From Andalucia godoyi And28 (lineage: Eukaryota; Protista; Jakobida): a stretch of 64,000 nt of DNA. The notes under the pieces were generated by a model. That model did not search any database. It saw only the letters and a list, made by a program, of their open reading frames with translations, and was not told the origin of the DNA. Every line of letters begins with the position of its first letter. The stretch's first letter is position 1. Where the stretch lies: assembly GCA_009859145.1 (NCBI GenBank), contig VRVR01000003.1, forward strand, positions 257,315-321,314. Direction: 5' to 3'. The translations under genes were made by a program, and so were the position numbers. Shown here piece by piece: positions 51,772 through 64,000 of the stretch.

Positions 51772-54041
51772 GTGGGTAAAGTCTCGGCGGTTGGAAGTCG
51801 CAAGAGTGGCAGCATTGATGGTCGTCCGTGCGCACATTGGAAGGGTAATTGGCACAGTTTCAATTTTTCGATCAGATAGACACATTGGTGTGTGGTGAGT
51901 TTGTCGTTGAACATGACTGCCCCCCTGCAAGCTTTTTGTCTAAGAATTTTGTAAACCATGGGCGGATGCGTCTCTCTGGCTCCGCAACTGCGTTCTAATT
52001 CGAAAACAAATTCCATGACGTCATCCCTTGTGAAACTGTGATGCGCTATCTGCGGTACGCTGGTGACTGCATATTTTGGAGGACCCATAGCTGCAGTTTG
52101 TACCGGCTCAATATCAATTTGCCATTCTCTCAAGTTCGATTTGAACCGCAGCACGATTTCTATGTCAATTGTTTTCAAGAACATGAATTCTTGCGCTTTC
52201 AGGCTTCTCTTGTGAATCATTTTCGGATCCTTTTCAACGGTTCTTTGCAGTAAGTTCTCGTAGCGAATTCTTTCATGTGCAGCATGCTGGTCAATGGCAA
52301 TTAGCAAATCCCCGGTTGTGCACAGCAGATATTTCTCATCGAGTTGTGCTATGAATCGCAAGAGTTGCATTTCATTCTTTGATATGCTCACCTCAGTCCT
52401 TGGCTGTCGTGTGTGCGCAATCATTTTCCGAGCTGCCGATTGCTGGAAGTCTTCTTTGTGATTTCTTCTGGCTGTATCTGCAATTGCCCTTGGCGTTCCT
52501 TGGCTTGCAAGCGTGGACAAAAGGAGTATGTCGGAGGCTGCATTCAGCCCAGCAAGAAGTCCTCCTGTACCATGGATCTGGCCAATGCATGCTCTTTTCG
52601 ATTTGAACAGCGATTGCGGGACAATTCTGTCTGACGCGAGGTGCATTCCGTTATTTTCCTGCGCGATGCCTTCTCCGTCCTCCAAATTGATTTTGTTTTC
52701 TCGTTTCAGCCGATCATATTGGTCAATCTCTGGGAAAATGTCGACCAACAACTCAAGAACAATGCTTTCGAGGATTTCTTGATTCTCTACGAGATGATGG
52801 ATCAGATTTTCGTGCTGTAGCGCCTCATCAACTCCGAACACAAGGGAAAAACACGGAAATCTCTGACCTGCATGGAGCCCTGGAAGCAGCGTTACTGGAG
52901 AGTTGGCTGCTAGTGCTTGTAGAGAGTTCTTCTTCTTACTCCACGTCTCCTGCTGCAGTCGAATACACTCTCTGTATGTTTCGGAAACCATGCTGCGGAG
53001 TCTTCCAGTCTTCAACGGAACGCTCGAAATATCTAATGCGTGGTTTTCGTCAGTTAAGATTCTTAGGTGAGTACGTTGGAAATCATACATATAAACTGAA
53101 GATGATCATGGGGCAGCATTGCAGTGGGTAGACAGAACCATCCTTTTGCCACTCCGATTGTCTGACCACCAATGGCCATATCCCTCATAACGTGCTGCAT
53201 GTCATTCATCAGCAGCCCAGATATTTGGCATAACCTTGCTCCCATGTCGTCAGCCTCGGATTTCCCAGATTAATTATTATTATTGTTATTATTATTTTTG
53301 AAAAACAGTTAATGTCGCTACGGTGCTTGTTGGGTGATTTGGATACTCAAACGAAGACATACTACTGGCAGGTGCTGAACAATCCTGTTTTCTGCAAGAT
53401 TCACTGCAAGGACAGAGGTCATCGGGTGGGCAGCGGCGAAGTGGTGGATAACCTGGAGAATCTGCTGCAGTTCATAAGATGCGTTTTGCAAGAAATACTT
53501 TTGTCGTACGGGAGTTGAGAAGAAAAGGTTTTTGATGATCAGCACTGAGCTGGGATGGGACACCTGCGGAGGCAAACTTGCATCTTCGTTGCTTTCGATA
53601 CAATATCCGTTTTTGCAAGTTCTCCACCAGCACCCCGGCTGACCTTCTTTGATGAAGGTTGACATGATTTTGAAGTGGCACACTTCTGAGAGCCGACGAA
53701 GAATTCCCTGTTTCCGATTCATCTTCGTGTCCAGCGCGAAAATCTTGCCAGCCTGGTCAACTGGTACGTCATCCATTCGCGTCACACTTCCGCTAACGAA
53801 AAACTGCAAAGAAAACTGAGGGATATGAAATCTCACTGAAATTTTTGTGGTATTTTCATCCGTGTCTACGTCAAAGTCAGTATTCAACGAGTTTCGATCA
53901 TCTCAGCAGTCGTGTGGGCCGTAGGAACGTACAGGAAATAAGAACGCATTCGCAGACTTGCGCAAACGAGCTCAAGTGGGAGGTCGCATCCAGCATGCCA
54001 GACGTTTCCTTTGCCAGAAGCCGAATACTGGAGTATATCAT
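51768..54041 (-). CDS. MLH3: MutL homologue MLH3, multi-exon (main exons about 53318-53890, 53090-53270 and 51768-53030)
   Basis: DQHAAHERIRYE endonuclease motif, ACRGAVMFND and FQCAHGRPS, plus the N-terminal NLFFSTPVRQK. The 5' exon boundaries are approximate. Confidence 0.85.
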
Positions 54042-54343
54042 AAGCGATAAAAAGGAGAATGCGTTGGAGGATCTGCAAATTCTGGACAATCGAATCGATG
54101 AGAAGAAGAAACTCGCGAGACACCCAAAAAAAAGAAGGGAAAAAAATGAAAGACGACGCGGAAGAAAGAAGAAGAAACCGAGCAGGCGTGCGTGGGAAGG
54201 AGACACGAGTTTGACGGAATTTGTGAGCCGGCAAAAATTTACAGAAGGCGTTTTTCACACACGCACTATACCCTCACCCTACTCCCGGGTCCTAATCCCT
54301 GATTGAATTTCGGCCGCAACAGATCAGAAAGGCTTGGTTCTCG

Positions 54344-55339
54344 ATGTTTCTTCCAGTCGCCGTTTTTGCTCCTAGGATTTGTTCTTCGGATTCTGTACGA
54401 TTCATTCTCAAATACGACATGAGTGCGTATCGTGGAATGGACGAAGACCCAACATCTTCGGGAAAACGGGAACATGTGGGAGAGACGCTTGCATATCCAA
54501 GACCTTCCGTTCCCGGAAGCTGCCGATACAACTTGGTGTTGGATCTCGATCTCACTTTAGTGTACACCTGCCCGGTGAAGGCAGTCTGCGGAAGCCCACA
54601 ACTGCTGAAGCAAGTGAAATCTATGGAGAAAATCTGGATGTGCAACGGAACACTCGTGAGTTTTTTCAGGCCAAATGTTAGAGCAAGCATCGCGCACCTT
54701 TCACAGTATTTTAACATATATGTCCACACACATGGAATCAAACAGTACGCGGAACGTCTGGTGGATGCACTAGGTATTGACAAATTTTGTTGCGGCATCA
54801 AAAGCAGGGACACCTTAGCCTCTCCGGTGATTGAGAAGAGTCTACTAGATCTGTCGCTCACCGGGCACGACACGTTTGTCGTTGATGACCGGACCTCAGT
54901 TTGGAGAAAAGAGGACCGAGGAGTTTGCATCCAAGTTCCACCTTTCCAAGGATGTGCAGAAGACACTGTAATGGTTCGACTCGCGTCACTGATGGTTCAG
55001 TGGACAAAATCTGCGGCAAGACCTCACCAGTCCGAAGTAGCCAGGGCAGCAGCAGCATGGAGTTCCATCCTCAGCAGACCACACGAAAAACAAGATATCA
55101 CAGCTGCCCCTCTATTCCCACCTACGGTCCAAAATGTCGGCTCTTCTTCAAAATTGCAACAAATCCGACGATCGTCAAGCCAAGAGGATCAGGGCAACAA
55201 AGAATCAAAACTGACTTACCGGCTCATGGCAACGAAGCAGCTGGGATCGAAGCTGAGGTTTCCTTCTCTGCAGCCTCCGCCGCTGACTCCCGTCCGGGAT
55301 ACGACCAATTTGTATGACCGAAATCTGAAGTATCCATGA
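54344..55339 (+). CDS. FCP1/SCP-like CTD phosphatase (NIF domain)
   Basis: LVLDLDLTLV, FRP, VDDRTSVW and VPPF motifs. Confidence 0.85.
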   Translation: MFLPVAVFAPRICSSDSVRFILKYDMSAYRGMDEDPTSSGKREHVGETLAYPRPSVPGSCRYNLVLDLDLTLVYTCPVKAVCGSPQLLKQVKSMEKIWMCNGTLVSFFRPNVRASIAHLSQYFNIYVHTHGIKQYAERLVDALGIDKFCCGIKSRDTLASPVIEKSLLDLSLTGHDTFVVDDRTSVWRKEDRGVCIQVPPFQGCAEDTVMVRLASLMVQWTKSAARPHQSEVARAAAAWSSILSRPHEKQDITAAPLFPPTVQNVGSSSKLQQIRRSSSQEDQGNKESKLTYRLMATKQLGSKLRFPSLQPPPLTPVRDTTNLYDRNLKYP

Positions 55340-55465
55340 ACGCGATGTCCAAGAACCATTCCGCAGGGGAGATCAAAGGATAAGACGACAAAATAAACAT
55401 CTTCTTCTACTTCTTCAACAACAGCAAGCAACAAGGAAAAGATAACAATACCCGAAAATTTACAC

Positions 55466-57754
55466 TCACGTCGCGTGTGGAGACGGAGGGCCCTCCAGGA
55501 TGCCATAGTCATCGAACACATGTTTTCGTATGCCAAACGGCCTGTTACCGATAAGTCTGGAAATGTCGTCTTGTGATATCACTTCCTGTTGCAGTAGCAG
55601 CTGTGCAATCTTCTCCAATGCCTCCTTGTGGTCTTGGAGTAGAGACAACGTGCGCTCATAGGCTTGTTGCACCAAGAGAGAAGCCTCGTCGTCAATCACA
55701 GTTGCTGTTTCTTGAGAATACGGCTTCTGAAACTGCATGCTGTCATTTTGCTCGTGAGGTAATGGAAAAGAAAGCGGACCCAACCGAGAGCTCATGCCAT
55801 ACATGCAGACTTGAGCATATGCCATTTTGGTTACTCTCTGCAAATCGTCTTGTGCTCCAGTGCTAAGGTGTCCAAAAATTACCTGCTCCGCTGCACGGCC
55901 CCCAAGTGCCATGCACATAAAGTCAAGCATCTGCACCTGCGTGGTAATGAAACGCTCCTGGGGAAGGTACTGCGCATAGCCAAGAGCAGCCTTCCCTCTT
56001 GGAACAATCGACACTTTCACAAGCGGATCAGTGTACTTTAGAAACCAGCCGACAACTGCATGCCCAGCTTCATGGTACGCAACCACACGTTTCTCAATTT
56101 CAGACAGTTTTCGGGCTTTGCGTTCAATGCCTCCAACAACCCGGTCGATGGCGGCCTCAAAGTCTTTCAAAGAAATGAAATCCGCATTGCGACGCGCTGC
56201 TATAAGCGCAGCTTCGTTGCAAACATTTGCGATATCTGCTCCCACAAATCCGGGAGTCAGTTCCGAAAGACGTCGGGCAATGGTATCCAGAGACAGATCC
56301 TTCTCCACTGTGAGAGGTTGCAAATGGATCTTAAAGATGGCTTCTCTGCCGGAAAAGTCTGGTGCATCGACTTGAATTTGTCGATCGAAGCGGCCAGGAC
56401 GCAAAAGCGCTTTGTCCAAGATGTCTGCGCGGTTCGTACCCGCCAACACAATCACGCCAGTTGAGGATGAAAAGCCGTCCATTTCAACAAGCAATTGGTT
56501 GAGTGTGTTATCACGTTCGTCAGAAGCCCCGCCAAGCGAGCCGCGACCACGCTGTCGACCAACAGCATCGATTTCGTCAATAAAAACAATACAAGGAGCG
56601 GCTTTCCGTGCTTGAGAAAAAAGATCGCGAACCCTCGCCGGCCCAACGCCAACAAACATTTCTATAAAATCTGACCCCGAAATAGAAAAGAATGGAACGC
56701 TCGCCTCGCCTGCAACTGCTTTTGCTAACAAAGTCTTTCCTGTTCCGGGGGGTCCTACCAGAAGAGCTCCTTTTGGAATGTGGGCTCCCAGCTCGATAAA
56801 CTTCTCGGGCGAACGCAAAAATTGGACAAACTCCATAATCTCAACTTTGGCTTCATCCATTCCCGCAACATCTTGGAATTTCACCTTTGGCGAGTTGGCA
56901 GCACTCCATACTTGCGGCTTTGCTTTTCCAACAGAGAACATGCCCCCTGCACCCCCGCGGCCTCCAAGCTGCCCTGCATTCCTATTGATATAAAGGAAAC
57001 CGCCAATCAATAGAAGCGTTGGTAAAAGTTTCAGCATCTCGGATGATATCGATGTCTCGGTAACGTAAGCGACAGGGACGTATTGAGACACTGGAATTCC
57101 CGCCTCTTTCTGCGCAATATCCAACTTATGTTCAAAAGACTCCACAGAACCGATTGTGAAATAATAAACAGGATCTTTCGCATGCGATGAGCTGGAAGGG
57201 ACACTGGCAGAAGACGTATTGTTCTCCAATCCCCGGAAGTCAACAGTTTTTTCGTCGGTTTGTTGATCACCAAGTGTTCGCGGCTTCACGAAAACACGGA
57301 CATGAGACTCGTTGACAACCACCAATCGAAGCACACGACCTTGCTTCAGAAAATCGTTCAAGAGTTCTTGAAATGTAATCTGCTGTTCCCCAGCATGGGA
57401 TGCAGCATCAATCAAAAATGGAAGGGAAAGAACCGCTATTCCGAGAGGAACATACTTCATATAGGACGGAGGAGTCTTCGAAGGTCCATTGCCGTTTGAA
57501 TCGTCTCCGGTGGATTTCTTTGACCGCGAATCTTTTTGTGTTTCTTGTTTTCCGCGCTCTACGTCACCTCCGCTATCCGTAGATCTCAACCAGGAAGTTG
57601 AAAACGGCCGGGACTGTAACGTTCGACAGGTGAAAGAAGTAAACCGCAGATCGCCTCCGAATGGGGCTCGATGGACAAACGCCGAGACCCGGGGCCTCGA
57701 AATTAATCGGGCTCCAAGGCTCCCAGCTCGTCGAGCGATGTACGAGCTTAGCAT
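55466..57754 (-). CDS. AFG3: Mitochondrial m-AAA protease (AFG3/paraplegin type)
   Basis: [23 protein letters not shown] and the HEAGH zinc motif, with a presequence-like N-terminus. Confidence 0.92.
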   Translation of the reverse strand: MLSSYIARRAGSLGARLISRPRVSAFVHRAPFGGDLRFTSFTCRTLQSRPFSTSWLRSTDSGGDVERGKQETQKDSRSKKSTGDDSNGNGPSKTPPSYMKYVPLGIAVLSLPFLIDAASHAGEQQITFQELLNDFLKQGRVLRLVVVNESHVRVFVKPRTLGDQQTDEKTVDFRGLENNTSSASVPSSSSHAKDPVYYFTIGSVESFEHKLDIAQKEAGIPVSQYVPVAYVTETSISSEMLKLLPTLLLIGGFLYINRNAGQLGGRGGAGGMFSVGKAKPQVWSAANSPKVKFQDVAGMDEAKVEIMEFVQFLRSPEKFIELGAHIPKGALLVGPPGTGKTLLAKAVAGEASVPFFSISGSDFIEMFVGVGPARVRDLFSQARKAAPCIVFIDEIDAVGRQRGRGSLGGASDERDNTLNQLLVEMDGFSSSTGVIVLAGTNRADILDKALLRPGRFDRQIQVDAPDFSGREAIFKIHLQPLTVEKDLSLDTIARRLSELTPGFVGADIANVCNEAALIAARRNADFISLKDFEAAIDRVVGGIERKARKLSEIEKRVVAYHEAGHAVVGWFLKYTDPLVKVSIVPRGKAALGYAQYLPQERFITTQVQMLDFMCMALGGRAAEQVIFGHLSTGAQDDLQRVTKMAYAQVCMYGMSSRLGPLSFPLPHEQNDSMQFQKPYSQETATVIDDEASLLVQQAYERTLSLLQDHKEALEKIAQLLLQQEVISQDDISRLIGNRPFGIRKHVFDDYGILEGPPSPHAT

Positions 57755-58157
57755 TGAGGCCCAGAAGTACTCCTGGAGTTCAGCAAAATCAACAAAACAA
57801 ATGCATATATATAATTATAAAATAGAATAAAATAAAATCAGAGAGAAAAAAGATGAAATCACGAAAACTTCAAGTGTTGAGACTTTTTAAAGTTGAGCTG
57901 TCATGTTCCTCATAAAATTGGGGCCCAGTTTCTTTTCCCAAATGAAAATCTGCTGTATTTTTTGCCAAATCAGTCCTTTAATGTTCTCGTTCAGCACATT
58001 TCAAAAGTTTTGGGGGGGGTTTCGACAGTTGCCAGAAAGATTTTGCGAAACAGCCATTATACGACATCTCTTTGCACAGGATTCTAAGAAGAATATCTGT
58101 TTTTCATGTCACTATTGCCGACACCGCCACTCGCATAGCTCCAGTATTGATTGAAAA

Positions 58158-59306
58158 ATGTCGCAAGGAGACGATCCTGGTTCGGACCTTCCTCCAGTCG
58201 CCATCGTCCCGGAGCAGACAATAGAGCACAGCGATTCCCAATTTAATTCCTTATTTAATGCAATTATACAACGTGGTGATCTACCGTTGCCATTGCAGCA
58301 ATCTCTTATTCGTGCGCTGGCAATGCAAATGCGCAACAACAATAATGCGGACATTCCGCGACAAGAACTAGTATCTGCTGTGTCGTCCAGTGGTTCTCGC
58401 AACGACGCTACTCCAGACGTTCGGGCGCGATCTGCAGATGACTCTCTGCCTGTGGGCCGATGGCTGGAAACAAATTTTCCGTTTTTAATTATTCTCTTGA
58501 TTGTATTTGTACATGAACACATCGTTGGAATCATTTTCTTTGTGTGGACGCATACAATCCTGTCCAAATGTTCGAAATTTATTGTGGAACAAGTCAGACT
58601 GGGTGAAACCAGGTCGTCTGCGAGATCATTCCTCGCAATACTGGCATTGTTTGGTTGCGTTTTGTTTGGGTTTTTCTTGATGCCGCAATATCAATGGAAG
58701 TCATTTTTGTTCATGACTTTTGAATGCTACTCTTGCTTGACATTTTGGGATGTCTTGTTTGTTTGTTGCTTGAACGATATACATTGTCGCATGCTCAGCT
58801 GTGCAGCTAAGTTGTTGGTGCTGGAATTTTTGAGCCCAACGTACAGCAGGAAGGCTATCGGGCGGTTGCTCAGTCTTGTCGAGCAGTCAGCTGTTGTCTA
58901 TCGGAATTCCCTCGGTTTCATTCCCTGGATTTCTTTTCTTCTTTCAGTCGAAACAGTTGCTCTTGCTTGTTTGCTTGCTGCGATTTACGGTGCTCTCAAG
59001 CTCCGAATACTTGTCGATCACGTACTCTGTCTCCACCGTCATCTCCGAGCGTTTTGGCAGTCTGAGGCTCCTTTTGGTCGGTATGCTTCACCCGCTGAGT
59101 GCGCGGAGGCTGGAGGCGCGTGCTCCATTTGTCATGAGAGTTACACTGCGCCGATATCTCTGGATTGTGGACATATCTTTGATGAAGAATGCCTACGTTC
59201 ATGGTTCCGAATGAATCCATCTTGTCCGCTTTGCAGGGCAACAGTCGAAGAATTTGGATTCCTCTTTGACGATGGCAGTTCTGATAACTCGCTGATAGTT
59301 TTTTGA
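58158..59306 (+). CDS. RNFT1-like transmembrane RING E3 ligase
   Basis: Several TM segments and a C-terminal CSICHE...CGHIFDEEC...W...CPLCR. Confidence 0.85.
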   Translation: MSQGDDPGSDLPPVAIVPEQTIEHSDSQFNSLFNAIIQRGDLPLPLQQSLIRALAMQMRNNNNADIPRQELVSAVSSSGSRNDATPDVRARSADDSLPVGRWLETNFPFLIILLIVFVHEHIVGIIFFVWTHTILSKCSKFIVEQVRLGETRSSARSFLAILALFGCVLFGFFLMPQYQWKSFLFMTFECYSCLTFWDVLFVCCLNDIHCRMLSCAAKLLVLEFLSPTYSRKAIGRLLSLVEQSAVVYRNSLGFIPWISFLLSVETVALACLLAAIYGALKLRILVDHVLCLHRHLRAFWQSEAPFGRYASPAECAEAGGACSICHESYTAPISLDCGHIFDEECLRSWFRMNPSCPLCRATVEEFGFLFDDGSSDNSLIVF

Positions 59307-61861
59307 CGTTGACGAAATTGCTCAATGCATATTATTCTTGCTAGAAACAGTTTCTTATTGTTCATCTAATACTTCCGCATCTCATCGTCTCGTGAAACTC
59401 GGCGTATCCTGTCGATTTTCGCTGTTCGACATGGATCCACACTCTTAATTTGAACAGTTTCCGGAAGGCGTAAAACCGCAGTAATTGGAAAGAGAACGTT
59501 TCGGCAAAGATAACCCGTTGTAATAAAGAAGAAAAGGAATCGGCTGTCGAACCAGTCGTCCACAGTCAACATGGACAATATTCGACACTTCGACAACAGA
59601 TCCTATGGAAGCATGAAGCGTAAACACGAGATGACGATTATCGACGGTAAGTCTGTGAAAATTCCGTGATATTCGAACAGTATGATAGACCGCGAAACCG
59701 GAAAAGAGGATATCGATGTAAGACAATAGCCTCTCTACAGAATGAACAAGCACGAGAACTTTCACCACAGTCCTGGTGACTGTCCACAGGAGCGAGTGGA
59801 AGGCAGGAAGTGCGTTTCCAACAATCGCAACAATCTTGTAAAATTCAATCGAAGGATTTAGTACTCGGCAGCAGTTAGAAAGCGGTTGCTAGGAAAAAAG
59901 CCGGAGACAGAAATAACTAACATACGCCGGAAAAGATGATGATGAGCAAAAAAGTTCTGGAACAACCAGACGACGACAAGTTTAACTACCATAAATTAGA
60001 AGTCATTCATTCTTGTCTGTCCATTGGAAAATTTGTCAGAAAAGGAGCTGAACTCTCAGCTAGTAACTGTTACACATCCTGCCAGACAATCTTTGGGACA
60101 AGTAAGACAAATGATCAATCAGAAACATCCGCCGGGGAAAAGTAGCGCCAGAGGAGATGAGTGTAAGTTTTTCAAGTGAATTCCCTCCGTGAGCAGCAAA
60201 AAACGGAAACAGATGCCTATGTTTCGCATGAAAAAACATCATGACGCAAAGGGCGATCTGATGTGCATTAACAAACTAGCGTGCGTCAAATGAGATGAAA
60301 CATTTCGGTTTGCGCTCGACTAATGAATTTCGATACACTCGGCACTATGAAACCTTTACAAGTTAATGACTGTCGGCTTACTTTGGTCGAAAATCAGAAT
60401 CTACTTTAGCTGAATGATACCCGCCCGTCCGACGCAGGCAACCGGACTTTGTGTAACGGTACGGCAGTCTATAAACGCAATCACCATAAAGATATTGCAC
60501 ACGGCGTGTCGAAGATTACTGCAGGCCGTTCGCGTTGACAGGTAGCAGCAGACTATCATATCGGAAATTTCAGGAGAACTGCGGAGGGTTTCTGCATTGT
60601 TAATGTCGACATTTCTCTCCCTCGTAAAGCATTCGCGAGGAACCCGTTATGAAGATGAATCCGGATGTTTTCATACATCAGAGGATTTGAAACATTCCGC
60701 GCTGAATCTAAAAAGGCAGCTTGTCAGAGTGGTTCGAAAGTTAATTTTTAATTATTGTTCAGTTTCTCTTTCCTCTCGAAATGCCAGCGTAATAGACTAT
60801 TTCTTTCGCTGATGACTGTCGCTAGACCAAATGGATTCGACTGCAGTCTTTGCAAGCTTCATGCATCTGAGGGCCATTCCACAACAGCAATACTTGCTTT
60901 TGTTTTGATTTGATTTTTTTAGACGGTCGGCGGACCTTGAGGTTCCGTGCTTCATTCCTTTCATGAATTTGAGAACACTTCTTTGTATCGGTGTTACTGG
61001 ATTTGTGCTGCTACATGATGTTGTCATGCTTCACCGTTACAGCTGGATTATGGCATTTCAGAGGGTATGCATTTCTGATACACTGCAGTTTTGAAGGACT
61101 TTGTGTTACGATGATGAATTGTTTGTTTCGATTGTTGTTTCACCACTTCAGCCAGATACCCTGGAATAGCACTTTCTCCGTATTCTGCATCGGGGAACCT
61201 AATTCTGTCGTTTCTCTCATCTTTTTCGTTTTTTCCCGGTTTTGTTTCTGTCTCAATGGTATGTTCGTTTTCTGCAAATGTTTTGATTATTCTTCGTCCC
61301 TCGTCCTTCAGTTATATAATTGTTTTGCTGGCCCAGAACGGTGTTTTTTTTGTTGTCGCAAATGGTTTTCGACACACGGCATTGGTTCGTTGACCGTGTG
61401 TATCATTATCTGGTACATGGATTTCAGTGCAGTTTTTTGTGCCTTTCACCTTCCCCCCGCCACCCTATTCCTGAACTTTATAATGTTGATGTTGATGTGC
61501 AGAGTGGCCAATCCGAGAAATGTGCAATTTATGATTTTTGATGTTGATTCCAGTCTTCCGCTGGGTCCCCGTGTCACCTCGAGTTGCTGATTTCGTCTGC
61601 GCCCTGACCCAGCTTTTGGGACAGTTTTCCATCAGTTTCAACTGAAATCTGTTCTGTCGTGTGGTTTTGTTCTGTCTGGACTTTCCCCCCCCATCCGTGC
61701 CCTCTCCGTTTCAGGAAGATGCCCAGGAATGAATGTTTTTTAATCCTCAAATCTCGAGCAGTTTTCTGTTAGGCGGTTGATTCACAGTCGATTTGCCTGT
61801 TTTCCTCTTTGTGCCAGCTGTTGTAGCCAAGCGCTGCGACCAAAAAAATAAAGAGTCAAGT

Positions 61862-61933
61862 TGCTCCGAGCAGGAATCGAACCTGCGTTTTCACGGCCAC
61901 AACGTGAAGTAATGACCACTATACGATCGGAGC
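61862..61933 (-). tRNA. trnH-GUG: tRNA-His (GUG)
   Basis: Acceptor stem GCTCCGA/TCGGAGC, anticodon arm TTCACG-TTGTGGC-CGTGAA, T-loop GGTTCGATTCC, and a downstream T-run. No G-1 is encoded. Confidence 0.95.
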
Positions 61934-62110
61934 TACAATCAGTTGTAGCCATGTTTATTCTTTGAGAATCGGGCAGATTGTTTTTTGTTTTGCCGAATCC
62001 GTTGGTTTGTTTGTCGGATTTTCTTCGGCAAACTCTTCTTTTGCTTTTTTGAAGTCGACCTTTTCCCCTTCTCCTTTTTCACTGCATTATTCACAACTTC
62101 TGACTCCGTC

Positions 62111-62332
62111 ATGGCTCCTCATCCCGTCGCTATTGCTCTCAGTATTTTTTGCTTGGCTGTTGGTGGATTCTTTATCTATCTTGCCATTGATTCGACAGCC
62201 TCTACTGAATGGACGATGAGAGCCCGAGAAGTTGCGAATTCTGTACAGATGCTGTCTGCGACCATCTGGGTTATTGGAGCTGTGCTTGTCATCGGCCTAG
62301 GATCACTGGCACAAAAGCAGGCCATTTTGTAA
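62111..62332 (+). CDS. Small two-TM membrane protein (73 aa)
   Basis: ATG at 62111 and two clear hydrophobic helices. Confidence 0.6.
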   Translation: MAPHPVAIALSIFCLAVGGFFIYLAIDSTASTEWTMRAREVANSVQMLSATIWVIGAVLVIGLGSLAQKQAIL

Positions 62333-62479
62333 GAATGTATCTCAGTTTTTGAATTTCCCTTCTTGGGTTTGTTGCATTCCGTGGAAAATGTGTCACACCT
62401 TTTCCCTTCCCAAATCTGCTGCCTGTATTTTCTTCGCCTTCGCCACTGTATCCTCCGCTGCATGCTATATGCTTGGGTG

Positions 62480-63850
62480 TACTTCTTTGTAAAGTTTTCG
62501 CCAGGTTACGTCTTCACAACACGATGACGGTTCCATTACATTGTTTACGTCTTCTCGCAGAAAAAAGAAAGCCTGAAGCTTCTTCTGAAGCGATTTCCTT
62601 TCACTCAAATTCCGCAACAAGAATTCTGCGTCAGTCCATAGATTGTCCTTTGCTTCGAAACAAAAATGCTGTGGTCATTCTGCTGATCTGCGCGAAGAAT
62701 GCCTCGAAAGATCAGAACTTTCGTGAATTCTTTCAGATTTCTACAGGGGAAGAAAATCAAATTTAGTGCAGACCAAGCTGTTTAGAGCAGGTGAGCCAGA
62801 AATGGGATGGTAATCGGAGAGATCGCTTTGGCAACTGTTTTTCGGATACAAAAATACCAGTGCCGGTGCCACTGATCTGGATTCCCGTAACACCCTAATG
62901 GAAAAAAGAGATTTTCCGATTGCCAACAGTTCGCTCAAAACCCGCTTCGACATTTCAAAAGAAATTTCGACTCTCTTTTCAATGCACTTCTTGTATCTCT
63001 TGTGCAAATGCAATACTTATGATATTGTCCTTGCTGTACACTTCATCCGGAGCGATTCGTTTGTATTCCAGATATTGTCAAGTTCGCTCCTTTTATCACC
63101 AAAACACTTCTTCCAGGACCCGATAAATGGTTCTAGATGGCAAGGCGGCGTCAACAGCATCAGGATGTTCGGAGAGTTCCTTGTAATCGATGTAAACGCT
63201 GATCACATCCGGTCGATTCATAGCACAAATGGCAAGATGGTTCTTTCAGCATGGTTGTCTTCCCAATGCCACAGATCCTTGAAGGAAGATTGATCCAGTT
63301 GAGCCTTTCTTCTTTTGAGAAATACCTGTTGATATTCATGGACAATCCGTTTGGAAAGTTGTTCACCTGCTCAACAAGAAAAAGGGGAAGGGCATTTGTT
63401 GTCCAGCGGCCAGTTCTTCAGAAGCAGTTCCCAAAGCAAATTCATTCGAGAAAAAACAGCTCCTCCACTTTTTAATTCTGTGCCCGAAACAATATCTGTT
63501 ATTTTTCCGTAAGAAAGGAATCTCGTCGTATTGGAAGTTCGCGGAAAGTGCAATACGGTTGACCGTTTTGTTTATCAACGTTGACCATCAAACAATATCA
63601 TATCGGAAGTTTTTTAATAACCCTCCAACCCAAAACGACTGGTGGACGGCTGTGAATATCATCGGATAGTATGGCTGAAGGTGTGTAGGTCGAGGCCCAA
63701 TGAGACGCTGTCGAATACTGACAACCCGATTCCTTGTTATCGATGATGGGCGCTGATGCGGATTGCAAAGGTTACTGTACGCCAAAAACATCTGTCTGAG
63801 GCGCAGCATCCGAACCGAATGTTTGGAGAGAGGGGAGTACCTGCACATGT
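62480..63850 (-). pseudogene. Decayed P-loop NTPase (STAND/Crinkler-like) pseudogene
   Basis: Frameshift-aware reading gives GSIFLQGS/GIGKTTMLK/NHLAICAMNRPDVISVYIDY...DEVY, with many stops. Confidence 0.65.
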
Positions 63851-64000
63851 GTATGGAAAATGAGTCGGGTCTGTTGTACTTCTACTCAACAGTAAGTCGG
63901 CTAGCCAGCAGAACCTCACTTGTTCATGAAGCGTTTTTGTTCTGTTTTTTTCTTTCTTTCTCATTCCATCCCCATGCAGTGTATCGCAAAGAATCGCAAA

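Noticed and set aside
60991-61590. 199-aa Phe/Cys-rich plus-strand ORF
   Set aside because: Its composition is what the reverse complement of an A-rich strand produces, and it has no motif.
59350-63960. Alternative genetic code (stop reassignment) to explain the interrupted frames
   Set aside because: Conserved genes in the window translate without internal stops and end in TAA, TAG and TGA. The interrupted regions also contain frameshifts.

Overview
Gene-dense, intron-poor nuclear DNA of a flagellated protist read with the standard code. Mitochondrial-type FtsZ, an Mmm1-like SMP protein and BBS4 suggest a jakobid-like lineage, but that is inference only. About 30 ordinary genes are present, including an MFS transporter, ABCC, MED7, EMC6, a kinesin-13-like motor, FtsZ, a Cdc7/SepA-like kinase, QCR7, a triple-PAS adenylyl cyclase, BBS4, PRP28, MLH3, AFG3 and tRNA-His. 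The main result is four intergenic elements of about 560-630 bp in two families: A at 5150-5763(-) and 19869-20482(+), and B at 13589-14149(-) and 31894-32522(-). The ORF track misses them, but frameshift-aware translation shows they are internally deleted Fanzor2/IS607-type TnpB elements. Family A keeps the RuvC-II, zinc-finger and RuvC-III end. Family B fuses the N-terminal motif RAVRIKMHPSQEQRATLRKW directly to DRDWNGARNIYLKN. All four share the right end ...TGTAGGCG, have CCG at or near the left boundary and show no target-site duplication. All four retain a putative omegaRNA scaffold, with clear tetraloop hairpins in family B, each followed by a different flank that would act as its guide. 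The inferred system is a dispersed set of nuclease-dead but still mobile guide-RNA cassettes served in trans. The last 4.6 kb is largely decayed and includes a frameshifted P-loop NTPase pseudogene.
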